Below, piece by piece: positions 1-13,769 of a stretch of DNA of 64,000 nt. A model generated the notes under the pieces. It saw only the letters and a list, made by a program, of their open reading frames with translations, made no database searches and had not been told where the DNA came from. The translations under genes were made by a program, and so were the position numbers. The stretch is taken from the NCBI RefSeq assembly GCF_006345805.1, contig NC_043003.1, forward strand, positions 27,032,001 to 27,096,000, in the 5' to 3' direction. Positions within the stretch are counted from its first letter, which is position 1; each line of letters begins with the position of its first letter. This DNA comes from Octopus sinensis (taxonomy: Eukaryota).

Positions 1-330
1 GATAAACAAGTTATATTTAAAGTTCCTACACATACTTCATCATTGTGGCTGTTTGCCCTGTATCAAATTATCTGTAACTTGATTATTGTGGTTATGCATC
101 TGTATGCATTTGGAACATCTATTGTAGGGCTCCATACAACCATAGTGAAATGCATGTAGGAACTTTGATATAAACTTACATTTGTCCTTAATTTTCCCAC
201 ATTTGCTCCTTAGCTCATAACTGATAATACTGCTCAGTATAGAAGTTAATTGACTAGATTATGAAGATTTACAGAGCTCTAAACCTAACTGTAGCAGTTA
301 AACATCTACTTGTACACATAATATCTACTA

Positions 331-720
331 GGCGCAGGAGTGGTTGTGTGGTAAGTAGCTTGCTTACCAACCACATGGTTCTGGGTTCAGTCCCACTATG
401 TAGCACCTTGGGCAAGTGTCTTCTACTATAGCCCCAGGCCGACCAAAGCCTTGTAAGAGGATTTGGTAGACAGAAACTAAAAGAAGCTTGTCGTATATAT
501 ATGTGGGGGGGGGAATCTGTGTTTGTCCTCCCAACATCGCTTGACAACCGATGTTGGTGTGTTTACATCCCTGTAACTTAGCAGTTCGGCAAAAGAGACC
601 GATAGAATAAGTACTAGGCTTACAAAGAATAAGTCCTGGGGTTGATTTGCTCGACTAAAGGCAGTGGTCCAGCATGGCCGCAGTCAAATGACTGAAACAA
701 GTAAAAGAAAAAAAAGAGAG
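331..720 (+). mobile_element. tRNA-head SINE, family A (head + central TA/TG microsatellite + tail ending gactgaaacaagtaaaaga)
   Basis: It begins ggagtggttgtgtggtaagtagcttgc...gggttcagtccc, and more than 15 related copies occur in this window. Confidence 0.85.
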
Positions 721-2614
721 TATACATATATACATACAATGTGAGAGGCTGCTTCTAGTTTGCCCTCTGCAGAATCCACTCACAAGGATTTGGTTAACCC
801 AGGGTAATAGAAGACACATGCCCACAGAATGAAGCCAAAACTGTGCTTGTGTCTATATACATTAATACTAAATTATTACTTTTTCCCCCTCAACATGCTT
901 ATTTGTACTTAAGATAGTGAGCATTGCAAAACAAATACTAATTTATGTGGTATATTATACATCCTTTACTGAGAAAATATCTAAATTCTCCCCTTACCTT
1001 TGTGTATGAAAAATATATATCAGCAACTAAGGCAGTAGTAATAGCGAGAGGTAATATTTATCCCCACTTGAACGTGGATGTTCAGTTAGGACAAACTTTA
1101 TAGCAGTAGTTACCATGAGAGAGACTCTTATATTGGCTTTCTGGTGCAAAATGCACTTGTGTTTATGTAATTAGCAAGGAGATAAATCCTTGCTACCTCC
1201 AGTGCTGAGATCATGTGATTTCAAACATCTTTGGTCTTGTTAATGATGCGCTTGTGTCATGACAACCATCACTTAGGACTTGCCAATTAGGATTTGTTGC
1301 TGTTTAACCCTAGTTAAACAGCAGCAAGTCCCATGCTTGCCAGTGAAGTGGTTGATCAACCACTTCACTCGCATGTGACAAACCAATGAAATGGTCACTG
1401 TGATCATTCAATTCAATAGAGAAGTAAAAACCAAATATCACTGCTGTCCTAAGTAATGGTTACAAACTTATTTAGGTCTCACATGAGCCCTAAGACACAC
1501 CAGGCTGGAGCTTAATCCTGTTTCCATGGCATGTAAATGACTGAGATTACAACACTCACTGCCACCTGAACAGGATGTTGGTCCCTCACAGGCTTAACTT
1601 ATGAGCTATTGCTGGAACTCATTTGCAGCCGAGTGGACTGGGGCAGTATTTTGCTCAAGAATACAACATACTGCCTAGTCTTGGAATCAAAATCACAATT
1701 TCATGATTGAGTGCAATACCCAAACCACAAGGCCACTTTGATGATATAGTCCAAGGTACTCTATGCCAGGTGGAAAAAAAGGACAAAAGTTTATAAAGGT
1801 AAACAACCGATTAAAACATTTTGTTATGAAATATCAAGTTGATATCAATGCTATAATTGCAGGTGTTTTTGACGACCTTCATGCTTTGCCAGGCGAAACG
1901 GCTGTTTGTTCACTTGCCCTGTGAGTCATGTTTTGTTTTCTATACAAAATACCCTGTATTAGACTGTTGACATTAAAAACTATTGACAGAAATAATAGTT
2001 ATAGCAATGAGTTACACACGAATATGATTGTTACTCTTCAACTTTTTTTATATTCAGCTTAAATACAGGAATGATAACAAAAATTGAATGAAATAAAATG
2101 CAGAAAAAAAATTTTTTATCTAAAAGAAAAAAAAAAAAAGTTAACTTCTTTCAATACAAAATAAATTATGTTGCCATACAAAAAATTTGTAAAGACCAAG
2201 GCACACTGACAGCTATAATCCAATGAGCTTGAAGTCACAAGCTTTTTGTCTAAAGCTTTGCAATCATCTGCTTCAAGAAATAGGTATTTAATAAACTTCT
2301 TAAATATTTAGGGGGGAAAAAAAGGAGGAGGAGGGTATGAAGATAGCAGGCATTTGGTTTTGAATCTTAAAAAGTCATTGACCAATCAGTATAGGTCAAT
2401 GACTTGTGAACCAACCAAGTTGTCAGAGATTCAGTCACTCAGGCTCGAATATTGCATCTTTAAACAATTCACTGGATTTGTGTTTGATCTTAACATGATT
2501 TTATTAAACTCTCACTACTTCCTAACATTGAAACTTCTATATTTTTCATTTAAAGTGTGTATGTGTGAGTATTGAGATGAACACCACAAATTGACAAATA
2601 AAATGACATTTTGG

Positions 2615-3185
2615 TAAGTAGCTTGGTGGTGTGTTTACGTCCCCGTAACTTAGCGGTTCAGCAAAAGAGACCAATAGAATAAGTACTAGGCTTACAAAGA
2701 ATAAGTCCTGGGGTCAATTTGCTCGACTAAAAGGTGGTGCTCCAGCATGGCCACAGTCAAATGACTGAAACAAGTAAAAGAGTAAAAGAGAGTTACTAGT
2801 CAAGTGATCCAAAGATGTGGCCGTGTGATAAGAAGCTTGTTCCACAACCACATAGTTCTGGGTTCAATCCCACTATGCGGCACCTTTGACCAACCAAAGC
2901 TCTGTGAGTGAATTTGGTAGATGGAAACTGAAGGAAGCCTATTTGTGCATGCATCTCTGTATTGCATGATAGTTGTAAATGAATATCTCCATCATGCAAG
3001 TGGTGTCCGTTTTCAATCTTCTGTGAAAAATATGTCTGGTCATGGAGAAATATGTTCCCTGCTTGAAAACAAGTGAGGCTTGATGACAATAGGGTATTAT
3101 CTGGCTGTAGAAGATTCACACCAGCAAAATTCCATCCAATCCACGAAGGCATAGAAATGTGGATGTTGAAACGATGATGATGATA
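2615..3185 (+). mobile_element. SINE family A 3' half, followed by a 5' half joined to an alternative tail ending (GAT)n
   Basis: Matches the other family A copies. The same alternative tail recurs at 11090-11285. Confidence 0.75.
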
Positions 3186-3734
3186 ATGGAGTGGGGATTA
3201 TGTAGATCAAGCAACCCATATTTGCCCATCCACCTACGCATGCAAAACCAATTCAGACAAATGCACACATACTGGAAACCCAATATCTTGATATAGTTTA
3301 CCCAAATATATCAAGCTGTTACTCTTTTACTTGTTTCAGTCATTTGACTGTGGCCATGCTGGAGCACCGTCTTTAGTTGTTTAACTCCAGTTCAACACTA
3401 ATCATACAAGTGATCAAAAGTATTCTGGCCATGACCATTCCTATCATTTTAGTTATATACCAAGGGCTACATCATCAAATGTGTCTTTCTTTATTGAAGA
3501 GGGTAAGGTGTGATTAGAGAGAGAGAGAGGGGTGGCTGCTATTTCTAGCAAGTTGAGCTAACCACTATGCCTAGTCCTTTCTCTCAAGAGAACATCATCT
3601 CTCTGGAATGTGCTCATATCTTTCTAGCAGGTGCTGCTCTGCAATTTAGGCCGACACATTGGCACTAGATGGTCCTGCCCTCCATCAGTCATGGTCCACT
3701 GGCCCTTCAAACCTACTTGCCCTTCCACTTTTCA

Positions 3735-4210
3735 TCCCTTGTTAAATTGCTTTGCAAGTGTCACACAACCGGCACCCATGCCAGTGGCATATAAAAAGCA
3801 CCCTTCGAATGTTGGGCAATGTGTTGTGCTTGAAAAGACTCATCAAGTCAAGTGAAATCATTGTCATGGCCAACACCAGTATCTTAAAACTGGCATGTAA
3901 AAAGCACCCTCCAAATGCTGGACCTCACAGAGGCAGTGACAAGTGACCAAGACCTTTGGCAATATACTGTTGCTTGAGAAGACCTGTCAAGCCATGTAAT
4001 ATCGTAGTCATGGCCAATGCCAGTTTTATGTAACTGGCACGTAAAAAGCACCTGCTACACTCTTGGAGTGGTTGGCATTAAGAAGGGCATCCAGCCATAG
4101 AAACTATGCCAAATCAGATTGGAGCCTGGTGCAGCTCACCAGCTTACCAATTTTCAGTCAAACCACCCAATACATGCCTGCATGGAAAACAGATGTTAAA
4201 TGATGATAAC
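3735..4210 (+). mobile_element. RTE-LINE 3' UTR-derived fragment with internal ggcacgtaaaaagcacc repeats
   Basis: Homologous to the 3' UTR at 33040-33525. Confidence 0.7.
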
Positions 4211-4834
4211 TAAGTTTGGAAGGAAGATGAAGCAGTGAGTCAACTAATGATGTAGGAACCAACACACTGAAAGCAAATTGGGGGCCATCCTAACAAGACA
4301 TTTATTGACCAGTTGGTTGAAGACACTGGTTTACTGAAGAGTGACCTACCAAGACAAATGGAGGAGGAGGAGGAAATTCTGGAGACAAGTGTTTGATGGT
4401 GTTAGTCTGTACATGATGCACTAGGTAAGTCTGGAAAAGGGGATAGTGTCATTGCAGAACCTCTGAGACCAATAAGATTGATGTCACTAAACCATTGCAG
4501 ATCAACACCTATGGGAAAGACAGGGCAGACTCCAGAGGACTGATGTCTTACACAGGAAGTTCAGGACAGAGTGGTTAGAATGTTAGAACAAGACTGGGGA
4601 GGAGAAAATGAAACACGGGTTATAAAAAAGTGAAAAGGATTAGTGGGGCCAGAGTAGTGAAGATACAAGATCAGCTGACTCTGAAAAATCTTTGAAATTG
4701 GTATCAGAATCAGTTGTTAAAGGACAAAGTAGCCACTAAACAGACAGGACTATGATCAAAGACATTCCAACTTTGACCATCACCGTTTTTATTGAAGTCC
4801 ATATAATCTAGATTTACCAGTCATATCTAGTACA

Positions 4835-5600
4835 AACTGGTATAGAAAAGTTTCCAGACTAGTTCTATAGCGCACCAACAGATGGCAGCATACAGGTGCA
4901 TACACAATGACAACTAGCAGCAACCTTCATGAAGCAGTATGCCAAGTGACATCAGTGTGTTACTTTGCAGGTTGTGAAATTTGTGTTTTTGTGATCACAT
5001 GTATGCTGTAGTCTGTGGTTTTGTCATAGACAGAAACAAAAATCCAATGTGAAATTTTGCATTAAAGTTGGGAAGTTTGCTACAGAAACATTAAGCAAGC
5101 TTTGGCAAGCTTACAGTGATAAGGCAATGGGTCATACACAATGTTTTGAAAGAGGTACAGGCACTTCAAAAGTTGAAGAACATCCCTGGAAGATGAGCAA
5201 GCTGGAAGACTTGCCACAAGCGTCACCCTTGGAAATATGGTATTGTGCATTGAGAATTTGTCCCCAAGAGCCAGACTGTCAATCAAAAATTCTGTGACAT
5301 TCTGAAGCATTTGAGAGGGAATATTCAGAGAAAGCAAACAGATCTATAGAGCACAAAGAATTGGATTCTTCACAATGCACCCTGTCACTGAGCTCTCCCC
5401 GCTCATGAGTTTCTCGCCAAAAACATGGTATCACTTCCACAACTGCCCTGTTCACTAGATTTAGCAACTGCAGACTTCCATCTCTTCCCAAAGTTGAAAA
5501 TGTAGCTCAAAGGTCACCGTCTTAACACTTGTTGAGACCAAGAGCAAATCGCAGTAGGTTCTCAACTCGCAGAAAACAAGTGGCAGGAACGCTGGGACTA
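4835..5600 (+). pseudogene. Degraded mariner transposase fragment
   Basis: It encodes KFCIKVGKFATETLSKLWQAYSDKAMGHTQCFE, resembling the mariner N-terminal HTH region, with multiple frameshifts. Confidence 0.7.
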
Positions 5601-6403
5601 GTGTATAGCTGCACAAGGTGATTATTTCAAAGATGTTAAAACTTAGGTAAAAAAGCTATTGTCTATTAAACATAAATAATCCTTCTGATACCACCTCATA
5701 AGCTTGCTTACCATGTAGAAGATCCTTTTTTGTTTCTAGCTAAAAATATTCCCACTGCTGTATTGCTGCTCATGATCAATCATGAACAAATTAATTTCAT
5801 GATAAAAGGCAATCCAGCCATAGCCATCCTAACTTTTTATGTGTCTAGGACTGCAACAACCAATATGTCCTCATAGGATAAAGTGTGATTTGCAAGAGAT
5901 CTGGCTGATGTTCTTTGGTTTGGACAAAGAGTTGTATCCATGGTCACATAAAAATATCCCTCTGTCTCCTCACAATTTCCATCATGACAATCTTCTTTTT
6001 TCAACATTTTATTTATTTCAGTCATTAGACTGCAGCCATGCTGGGAAACCAGTGTCCTATTCAGTCAGAAATACTATGAAAAAAGATTGAACGTTTAACT
6101 AAATATACTGTCTCATAATCAACTTAGTCCACCCAAAATAGCCCCAGCCACCATTGCCCAATCAAACAACAGTTTTAAATCCAGCAACAACAGGCACACG
6201 TCTTCAACTTTGAAGGTAAGTAGAGCTCATCCATCACCTAGTTTAACACAAACACATGGCCCTTGAGTGCTTTTCACAGAGTCCATTCAATTGCAAGCAT
6301 TCAAAGCAGGTCACTGGTTTGAGGATAATTTCCTCCCCGCCTGCTACTATAGAAGCCCTAGGAAAGGTCATCAACGTGTCCCTTTCACCTCTGATTAAAC
6401 TAT

Positions 6404-6670
6404 GTACCCTTTAGCATTTAAACAAGCCATACTTGGTTCAAATATTTGACCCATTTTATGTAAAAGCTGGTCAGATCTGACTCAAGTATTCAACCTGTTT
6501 AGGTTCATGCCTACCAACCAGATTCAGCATCTCATACCTACTCTACAATGCCACAGATTTAAACAATCAGATCTTCAAAACCTTGAAGCTACAAGATAAT
6601 GCCTGATCAATTCAATACAATGTGAGCAAATGAGCATTATATTTAAAGTAATCTGAATGCTAAGGGGATG
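6404..6670 (+). mobile_element. piggyBac-type MITE, degenerate copy
   Basis: Ends read ccctttagcatt...aatgctaagggg, and the internal sequence is shared with the copies at 7497, 9435, 10441 and 21143. Confidence 0.65.
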
Positions 6671-6704
6671 AACTTTAAAAAAATTCTTTATTCAAAAAGT
6701 TTCA

Positions 6705-7480
6705 TAGGCATGGCTGTGTGGTAAAATGGTTGCTTCCCAACCAACTGCATGGCACCTTGGGCAAGTGTCCACTATAGCCTTGGGTCAACCAAAGCCATGT
6801 GAGCAAATTTGGTACATGGAAATTAAGAAGTCCATCATATATATATATAGGCATAGGAGTGGCTGTGTGGTAAGTAGCTTGCTTACCAAACCACATGATT
6901 CCAGGTTCAGTCCCACTGTGTGGCACATTGTGCAAGTGTCTTCTACTATAGCCTCAGGCCAACCAAAGCCTTGTGAGTGGATTTGGTAGACAGAAATTGA
7001 AAGAAGCTCGTTGTGTATATATGTATATATATATGTGTGTGTGTATGCGTGTTTGTTCTCCCAACATCGCTTGACAACTGATGCTGGTGTGTTTACGTCC
7101 CCGTAACTTAGCGGTTCAGCAAAAGAGACCGATAGAATAAGTACTAGGCTTACAAAGAATAAGTCCTGGGGTCGATTTGCTCGACTAAAGGCGGTGCTTC
7201 AGCATGGCCACAGTCACATGACAAACAAGTAAAATAGTGTACATATATATATTTATGTGTGTCTTTGTGTTTGTCCTCCCCACCATCACTTAACCAATGT
7301 TGGTGTGTTTAAGTTCCCCGTAACTTAGCAGTTCGGCAAAAGACATTGATAGAATAAGTGCTAGGCTTACAAAGAGTAAGTCCTGGGGTTGATTTCATTG
7401 ACTAAAACCCTTTAAGTTAGTGCTCCAGCATGGCTGCAGTCAAACGACTAAATTGAGTAAAAGAATAAAAGAATAACTAC
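6705..7480 (+). mobile_element. Tandem SINE family A cluster (5' half, full copy, 3' half)
   Basis: Heads start at about 6705 and 6849, and tails end at about 7240 and 7480. Confidence 0.85.
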
Positions 7481-7496
7481 AAGTTAAATTGTAATC

Positions 7497-7722
7497 TTAA
7501 CCATTTAGCATTTAAGCCGACCATATCTGGTCAAAATATCCTGCCTGTTCTAAGTTCAAACTGACCAGCTCTAAACTCTCACATCTACCCTAGAATGTCA
7601 TTCTAAAAACAAACAATCGCATCATCAAAATCTCAAAGCTACAACATAATGCATGATTAATTCAAAACAATGTGAATTAACAAGCATTATATGAGAGAAT
7701 AATCTGAATGCTAAAGGGTTAA
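7497..7722 (+). mobile_element. piggyBac-type MITE
   Basis: TTAA-CCATTTAGCATT ... AATGCTAAAGGG-TTAA: TTAA target-site duplication and short TIRs. Confidence 0.8.
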
Positions 7723-7806
7723 TAATATAACTTTTTTTATTTTTTTTTAGAAAATATATAATTGCAAAGGACAGAGTATAAAAAAGAAAGAAAAACAATC
7801 ACTCAC

Positions 7807-7942
7807 CTTTGAAATTTATCTTGTCTGCATTGTTAGCTAATGCATGTACAAGAGCGATGGTACCACAGGCATTACCGATTGTTTGACGGATGAAATATAA
7901 CTCAGACTTCTCTTCTACTTTACCAATAGGATTATCAATTGC
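7807..7942 (-). CDS. UCHL3: UCH-L coding exon 4 with catalytic Cys (AIDNPIGKVEEKSELYFIRQTIGNACGTIALVHALANNADKINFK)
   Basis: 136 nt between a cag acceptor and a gtgagt donor (phase 1). It contains QTIGNACGT (oxyanion Gln and catalytic Cys) and HALANN. Confidence 0.97.
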
Positions 7943-8206
7943 CTGGGGAAAAGAAATGAAGATTAGACAACAGGTGAGAAGTTATAAATTACGTCATCAA
8001 ATAACACTCATGCTATGAAAATAAAGGATAGGAAGGGTTGATATGGCTTAGCCTTAGATCAGCCCAGACTGAACAAACCTCTGATCAAAGGCATTCCAGC
8101 CATGACCATCTTATTTTCAAAAGCCTACCTAAGACTACATTGTCCGAGTTTTTTCTTTATTTCTTAGAAGATATGATTTAAGGGAAATTCAGCCACCATT
8201 CACAGA

Positions 8207-8690
8207 AGGCCCCATTCGGTCGCCACATTCACAACAGCCCCATTCAGTCACCACATTCACAACAGCCCCATCCATTCACCACATTCACAACAGCCCCATC
8301 CGTTCACCACATTCACAACAGCCCCATCCGTTCACCACATTCACAACAGCCCCATCCGTTCACCACATTCACAACAGCCCCATCCGTTCACCACATTCAC
8401 AACAGCCCCATCCGTTCACTACATTCACAACAACCCCATCTGGTCGCAGTCACAGCAGCTCCATTCATCCCCCACAATCACAAAAGCCCCATTCAGCCTC
8501 TACATTCACATAGGGCCCCGTTCAGCCTCTACATTCATGGTGGTTCTGTTCAACTGTCACATTCACAGTGACCCCATTCAGCTTCTGTATTAACAGCAGG
8601 CTCATTCAGCCACTATATTCAGTGATACTGTTCAGCTGCTACATTCACAAAGACCACATGTAGCTACTACATTTACAGTGACCATATTTA
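8207..8690. repeat. 28-bp minisatellite (ccccatccgttcaccacattcacaacag)n
   Basis: About 8 near-identical units to about 8440, then progressively degenerate units. There are no spacers. Confidence 0.9.
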
Positions 8691-8984
8691 GCTTGAGGTG
8701 TGATGGCCACAACACCTTTGATCTATTCAATCAGGGTTGATGGGAATAGGGCTATAAACAGCGTTTATCATTGTCATTCAAGCCAAATCTCTAAATAATA
8801 CTTTACTGTCTCAAAAAAAAAAAAAAGACATGGTCACATTAGCTTATGTGGTCCTAGATACCCTAAAAAAAGAAAAAAACAGCCGCGATACTTTTTATCA
8901 GACAATTTTGTAAACAAACTAAATAATAAACTAGAAGTAGCACCCAATGTTACCCAGGTTTATTGATGTCTATAGTAAATATAT

Positions 8985-9290
8985 GTGGAGATGCAACGGC
9001 CAAGTGGTTAGAGCAGCGGACTCGCGGTTGTAGGATCGCAGTTTCAATTCCCAGACCAGGCGTTGTGAATGTTTATTGAGTGAAAACACCTAAAGCTCCA
9101 CGAAACTCTGGCAGGGGGTGATGGTGATCCCTGCTGTACTCTTTCACCACAACTTTCTCTCACTCTTTCTTCTGTTGGCCTGCTCACTTAGCCAGTGGGG
9201 TGGCATCATTTGAAGGCTAAAACAATGCGAAGAGCATTGTGACCAGCGATGTGTAACAGCATCTGATAGCCTGGTCGGTCATAGTGATCA
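8985..9290 (+). mobile_element. tRNA-head SINE of a different family
   Basis: A-box-like ggccaagtggttagagc and B-box-like gtttcaattccc, followed by a non-tRNA body. Confidence 0.6.
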
Positions 9291-9434
9291 TGTTGATAAA
9301 TATAATCACAAATTTTTTTCAAACAAATTGCTTTAACCCTATCTCAGTTGAAATAATTTTGAGTCAATTTTCAAAATAGTGAAGAATTTAGTATACTAAC
9401 TTGATACTAGTTCAAATATGTTTGAAAGAAATAA

Positions 9435-9651
9435 CTAACCCTTTAGCATTTAAGCAAGCCATATCACACCTAAATATTCTACCCGTTTTATGTGCAAACC
9501 AGTCAGATCTGGCCTCTCACACCTACCCTAAAAATATACAACCATGTCATCAAAATTTTAAAGCTATGAGATTATGTAGGATTCATTTCTAAACAATATT
9601 AATAAATACATATTACATTTGACAGAGTCAATCTGAATGATAAAGGGTTAA
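9435..9651 (+). mobile_element. piggyBac-type MITE
   Basis: ctaa-ccctttagcatt ... aatgataaaggg-ttaa. Confidence 0.8.
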
Positions 9652-10440
9652 ACTCATAAAAGGCTTTTCATTGCAGTTTGACATGAAAATTAAAAAAAAA
9701 AATGCTTGAGACAAGATTGTATACAACACAATAGTCAGCTCAGAGCAACTCCTGTTGAACTGATGGATACATGTATTTTGAACTCATGTCTTTCAACAGA
9801 GATGAAAACAGAGTTCAAAATACAATAATGCTTCGATATACAAGTTAGTTTGTTCCCAGAGACTGCTCGTAAAGTGAAAACCCATAAAGCAGAGCAATAA
9901 CTTCCCATGGTAACAATGTTATAAATCATAATTTGTTCCCAGAAAAATATTTTACCTCTAAAATTTATACTACTCGTAAATAAATGGCAAAAAAACAATA
10001 GAATGTAAAGAATATTTTATGTAAAGTAAAAAGAAGGTCAAGATCATCATCATCATCGTTTAACATCTGTTTTCCATGCTATCATGGGTTGGATGGTTTG
10101 ACTGGGGTCTTGGAAGCTAGGAGGCTGCATCAGGCTCCAGTTCAATCTGACAGTGTTTCTACAGCTGGATGCCCTTCCTAACGCCGACCACTCCGTGAGT
10201 GTAGTGGATCCTCAGAAAGTGAGGTATTACTGAACATGTATACAAGTCAGAAAAGAGGTTACTTTGAGCTGACTATAGTGTTTTACAACATTTTGTCTTA
10301 AGCGAAAATATTTTTCTCATGACAAATTGTAGAGAAAAGCCTTTTACAGGTTCAAATACCTCTCAAACATATTTGAAGTGGTATTCTACCCACAGATTGG
10401 TTAATTAACTTTGTCATTAAGTTGGTGCTTAGAATATAAA

Positions 10441-10668
10441 TTAAGCTTTTAGCAGTCAAACCAGCCATATGTGGCCCAACTATTCTACTGGTTTTATGTC
10501 CAAACTGGTTAAATCTGGCCTCTGCCATCTACCTTATAATTTTATTTGAAAAATAAACAATCACATCATCAAAATCTTTAGACTATCAGATAATGCAAGA
10601 TTAATTCAAAACAATATGAATAAACAAGCATTACATTTGACAGAATAAGCTGAATGCTAAGGAGTTAG
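10441..10668 (+). mobile_element. piggyBac-type MITE, degenerate
   Basis: Same internal sequence as the other copies, with decayed TIRs. Confidence 0.65.
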
Positions 10669-11019
10669 CATGAAATTTTGAAGGCAAATTTTAACCTAGA
10701 CTACTTTAAAATGAAGTTTGTATCATAGAACTTGGGGTTAAAATGCAATGAGGTGGCTCAGTTGATTAAGGAATGATATTCACACAGAAATATTTGTATT
10801 TAGATAAATCAGATGAGTCAAGTTGCTATTCATAATAAAGCACAACAAATAATATAAATGCAGGCATGGTTGTGTGGTTGAGAAGCTGGCATCACAATCA
10901 TACAGTCTCTGGTTCAATCTCACTGTGCTGTGCCTTGGGCAAGTGTTTTCTGCTATAGCCCCATGTCAAACAAAGCTTTGAGTGGATTTGGTTGATGGAA
11001 ACAGAAAAGAAGCCTGTTG

Positions 11020-11068
<49 letters not shown>

Positions 11069-12204
11069 ATTACCATCTCATAGTGTCACTATCAAGCAGG
11101 CATTGTCTTTCATTTCAAATCTTCTGTGAAAACATGTCTGGCCTGGGAGAGATATTAGCTTACTTGGAAACAAGTGAGGGCTGGCAACAGGAAGGGCATC
11201 CAATCATAGACAATCTGCCTCAAGATCTGTCTGTCCCATGCAAGCATGGAATAGTGGACATTAAACTGATGATGATGGATGTCTAAAATGACACGAGGCT
11301 TCTAAACCTGTCCTTAAATATATGAGTCCCCAAATGCTAAATTTTACTTACTGAGGTGCAAAACTGACAAACAATCATGCACATCTTTTATATTTAACCA
11401 TCAAACTACTACTTATCATATCAACTACTATAGTCACAGACAACAACCACATCCTCCATGACTACCATCACAACCTCCATAACAACTGTCACAACCACCA
11501 AAACCACTACCACCACCTACCACAACAACAATAATAATCACTACTACCATGACAGCCACAACCATCACAGCAACCATTCAACAATACAGACAGACACTAT
11601 GTTTATGTAGCTTTGAAAACAGGAGGAAAAAAAAATATGCTAAAAATGTCACAGTAACTTAGTAGATTTATTTGAAAGGTGTTTTTCAACCTGTAATCTT
11701 TCTTTTATTCAACACCCCAAAACCCACCCACCAACACCACCATTACCACACTTGCATAAAAGAACAATTGCTGCCTTGAACATCCAATTTTAATAAGATA
11801 TAAAACATTAACCTTTCAATAATAATAATAATAATAATAGTGAAGATTAGTTAACAGTAACAATAAATGCATTATATACAGAATATTCATAAAAAAAAGA
11901 AAAGAAAAAGAAAGGAAAAGAAAAAAATTTATTGCAATGACTTAGCAGAAATGGTCTGAAAACAAAGCCTTAAATGTCATATCCTACACAGGTTTTGTTT
12001 TCACTATCCCCTGGAGAGTGAAACAACTAACAAGTAATACACTGGAGACAAAATTTAATATTACACATAAGTGCAGGTGTGGCTGAGAAGTTGGCTTTCC
12101 GACCACATTGTTTAGGGTTCAGTCTTACTGGATAGCACCTTGAGCAAGTGTCTTCTACTATAGCTTTAGACAAACCAAAGCCTTGGGAGTGGATTTCATC
12201 ATCA

Positions 12205-12900
12205 TCCAGTGGCTTAAATCAGGGTTTTGTCCCTGTTAACAGGGGTGGCCGGATCTACCTTAATGCCACAGCAACTGCCCTCACATGATCTAACCCAGTT
12301 TTGGGCGTGCTCCCTTCTCAAGCCAACTCTCCCAATCTCCTCCTCCACCTGTCCCTTCTATGCTTTCCTTGATCTACCTCATTTCGTGGTCCATTTACTT
12401 CAAATTCAAGCACCCTCCTCATCCCTCCTCAACACACACATGCATTTGCCATTACCCTCCTCCCACATACACCACATGGATCCACCTTACTAACACTTTT
12501 CCTTCCATCCTGCTCACCGTCACTTTTGTCTTCCTTGCTTTCAAACCCCTCCTTCCATTTCCAAAACTTCTCCTTCAATCCCTCCATCATCTCACTCATC
12601 AGAACAAGGTCATCCGCATACAGTATCTCCATTATCAATCCCTCTCTTGCACTCTCCGTCACCACATCAACCACTATTGCAAACAACAACAGTGACAACA
12701 CAGATCCCTAATGCACTCCAACTTTCACTGCAAACTCCTCTGACAGCTCTGATCCAATTCTAACTCTTGTCTTTACCCCCTCATACAAACTCATCACTGC
12801 CCTCACTATTACCTCTAGTACACCTCTCTTCCTCAATGCCCATGTAATCACCTTCCTTGAAACCCTATCAAATGAAACAAATTTTTGGGCCTTGTGCCAG
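12205..12900 (-). pseudogene. RTE-clade LINE reverse transcriptase fragment
   Basis: It encodes LSLLLFAIVVDVVTESAREGLIMEILYADDLVL (YADD motif), with frameshifts. Confidence 0.85.
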
Positions 12901-13130
12901 AGCAGTACAACTATCTTTCTCTTTCCACCCCGACCTGTGAGTAAGAATGGATGTTTCAGTGCATCTCCCTCGCCATCCTCCAGGTCAATGCCATTTCCAT
13001 TTTGTCTGCTGAGACCACAATGCAGTCTAAATTGCAGGAATCAGGAGAATGTAATAGCTTACTACATGAACAATATTCTTTATCTTCAGTTATTGATAGG
13101 CTCAGGTTTAAAAGAATGAAGAGAAAAATA

Positions 13131-13500
13131 AGGAGTGGCTGTGTGGTAAGAAGCTTGCTTGCCAACCACAAGGTTCTGGGTTCAGTCCCACTGCATGGCA
13201 CCTTGGGCAAGTGTCTTCTACTATAGCCTTGGGCCGACCAAAGCTTTGTGAGTGGATGTAGTAGATAGAAACTGAAAGAAACACATCATATATATATATA
13301 TGTGTGTGTGTGTCATCACCACTTGACAACCAGTGTTGGTGTGTTTATGTCCCTGTAACTTAGCGGTTTGGTAAAAGCAACTGATAGAATAAATACCAGG
13401 CTTAAAAGTTAAGTACTGGGTTGATTCATTGGACTAAAAATTCAAGGTGGTGCCCCAGCATGGCTGCAGTCTAATGGCTGAAACATAAGATAAAAGATAA
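13131..13500 (+). mobile_element. SINE family A, full copy
   Basis: Head, central TA/TG repeat and tail are all present. Confidence 0.85.
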
Positions 13501-13769
13501 ACCTTTACCAGGATGGAAACCATCTCATTTTCTACTCACCCCATATATGATAAGAAATAAAACAAAAACAAAATGTAGTCTCATGTACAACACAACCTTA
13601 TATTTAATTCATTATTTGCAGTTAATACATCAAGCAAAAACAATCAATGCAAATAATGATTTTTTTTTTTTTTTTCTTTTTTCCACTTGAAAGCAGTTTA
13701 CAGACCGGAATTTCCAAATCTCTTTCTGAAATCACAAAACTATCCCCTATCTAAGTATTGTGGTACTAG

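Noticed and set aside
1-7806. UCH-L exon 5 and later (catalytic His/Asp)
   Set aside because: I found no phase-1 exon encoding a KHF..FL..T...PEER-like or HF.A/ELDG sequence. These exons probably lie outside the window, although a visual scan could miss one.
8207-8690. CRISPR-like 28-bp repeats
   Set aside because: The repeats are head-to-tail without unique spacers, there are no cas genes, and the context is eukaryotic.
8985-9065. tRNA genes at SINE heads (also 18730-18802, 26568-26725, 45625-45720)
   Set aside because: A/B boxes are present, but there is no convincing cloverleaf with an acceptor stem, and each head continues into a repeat body.
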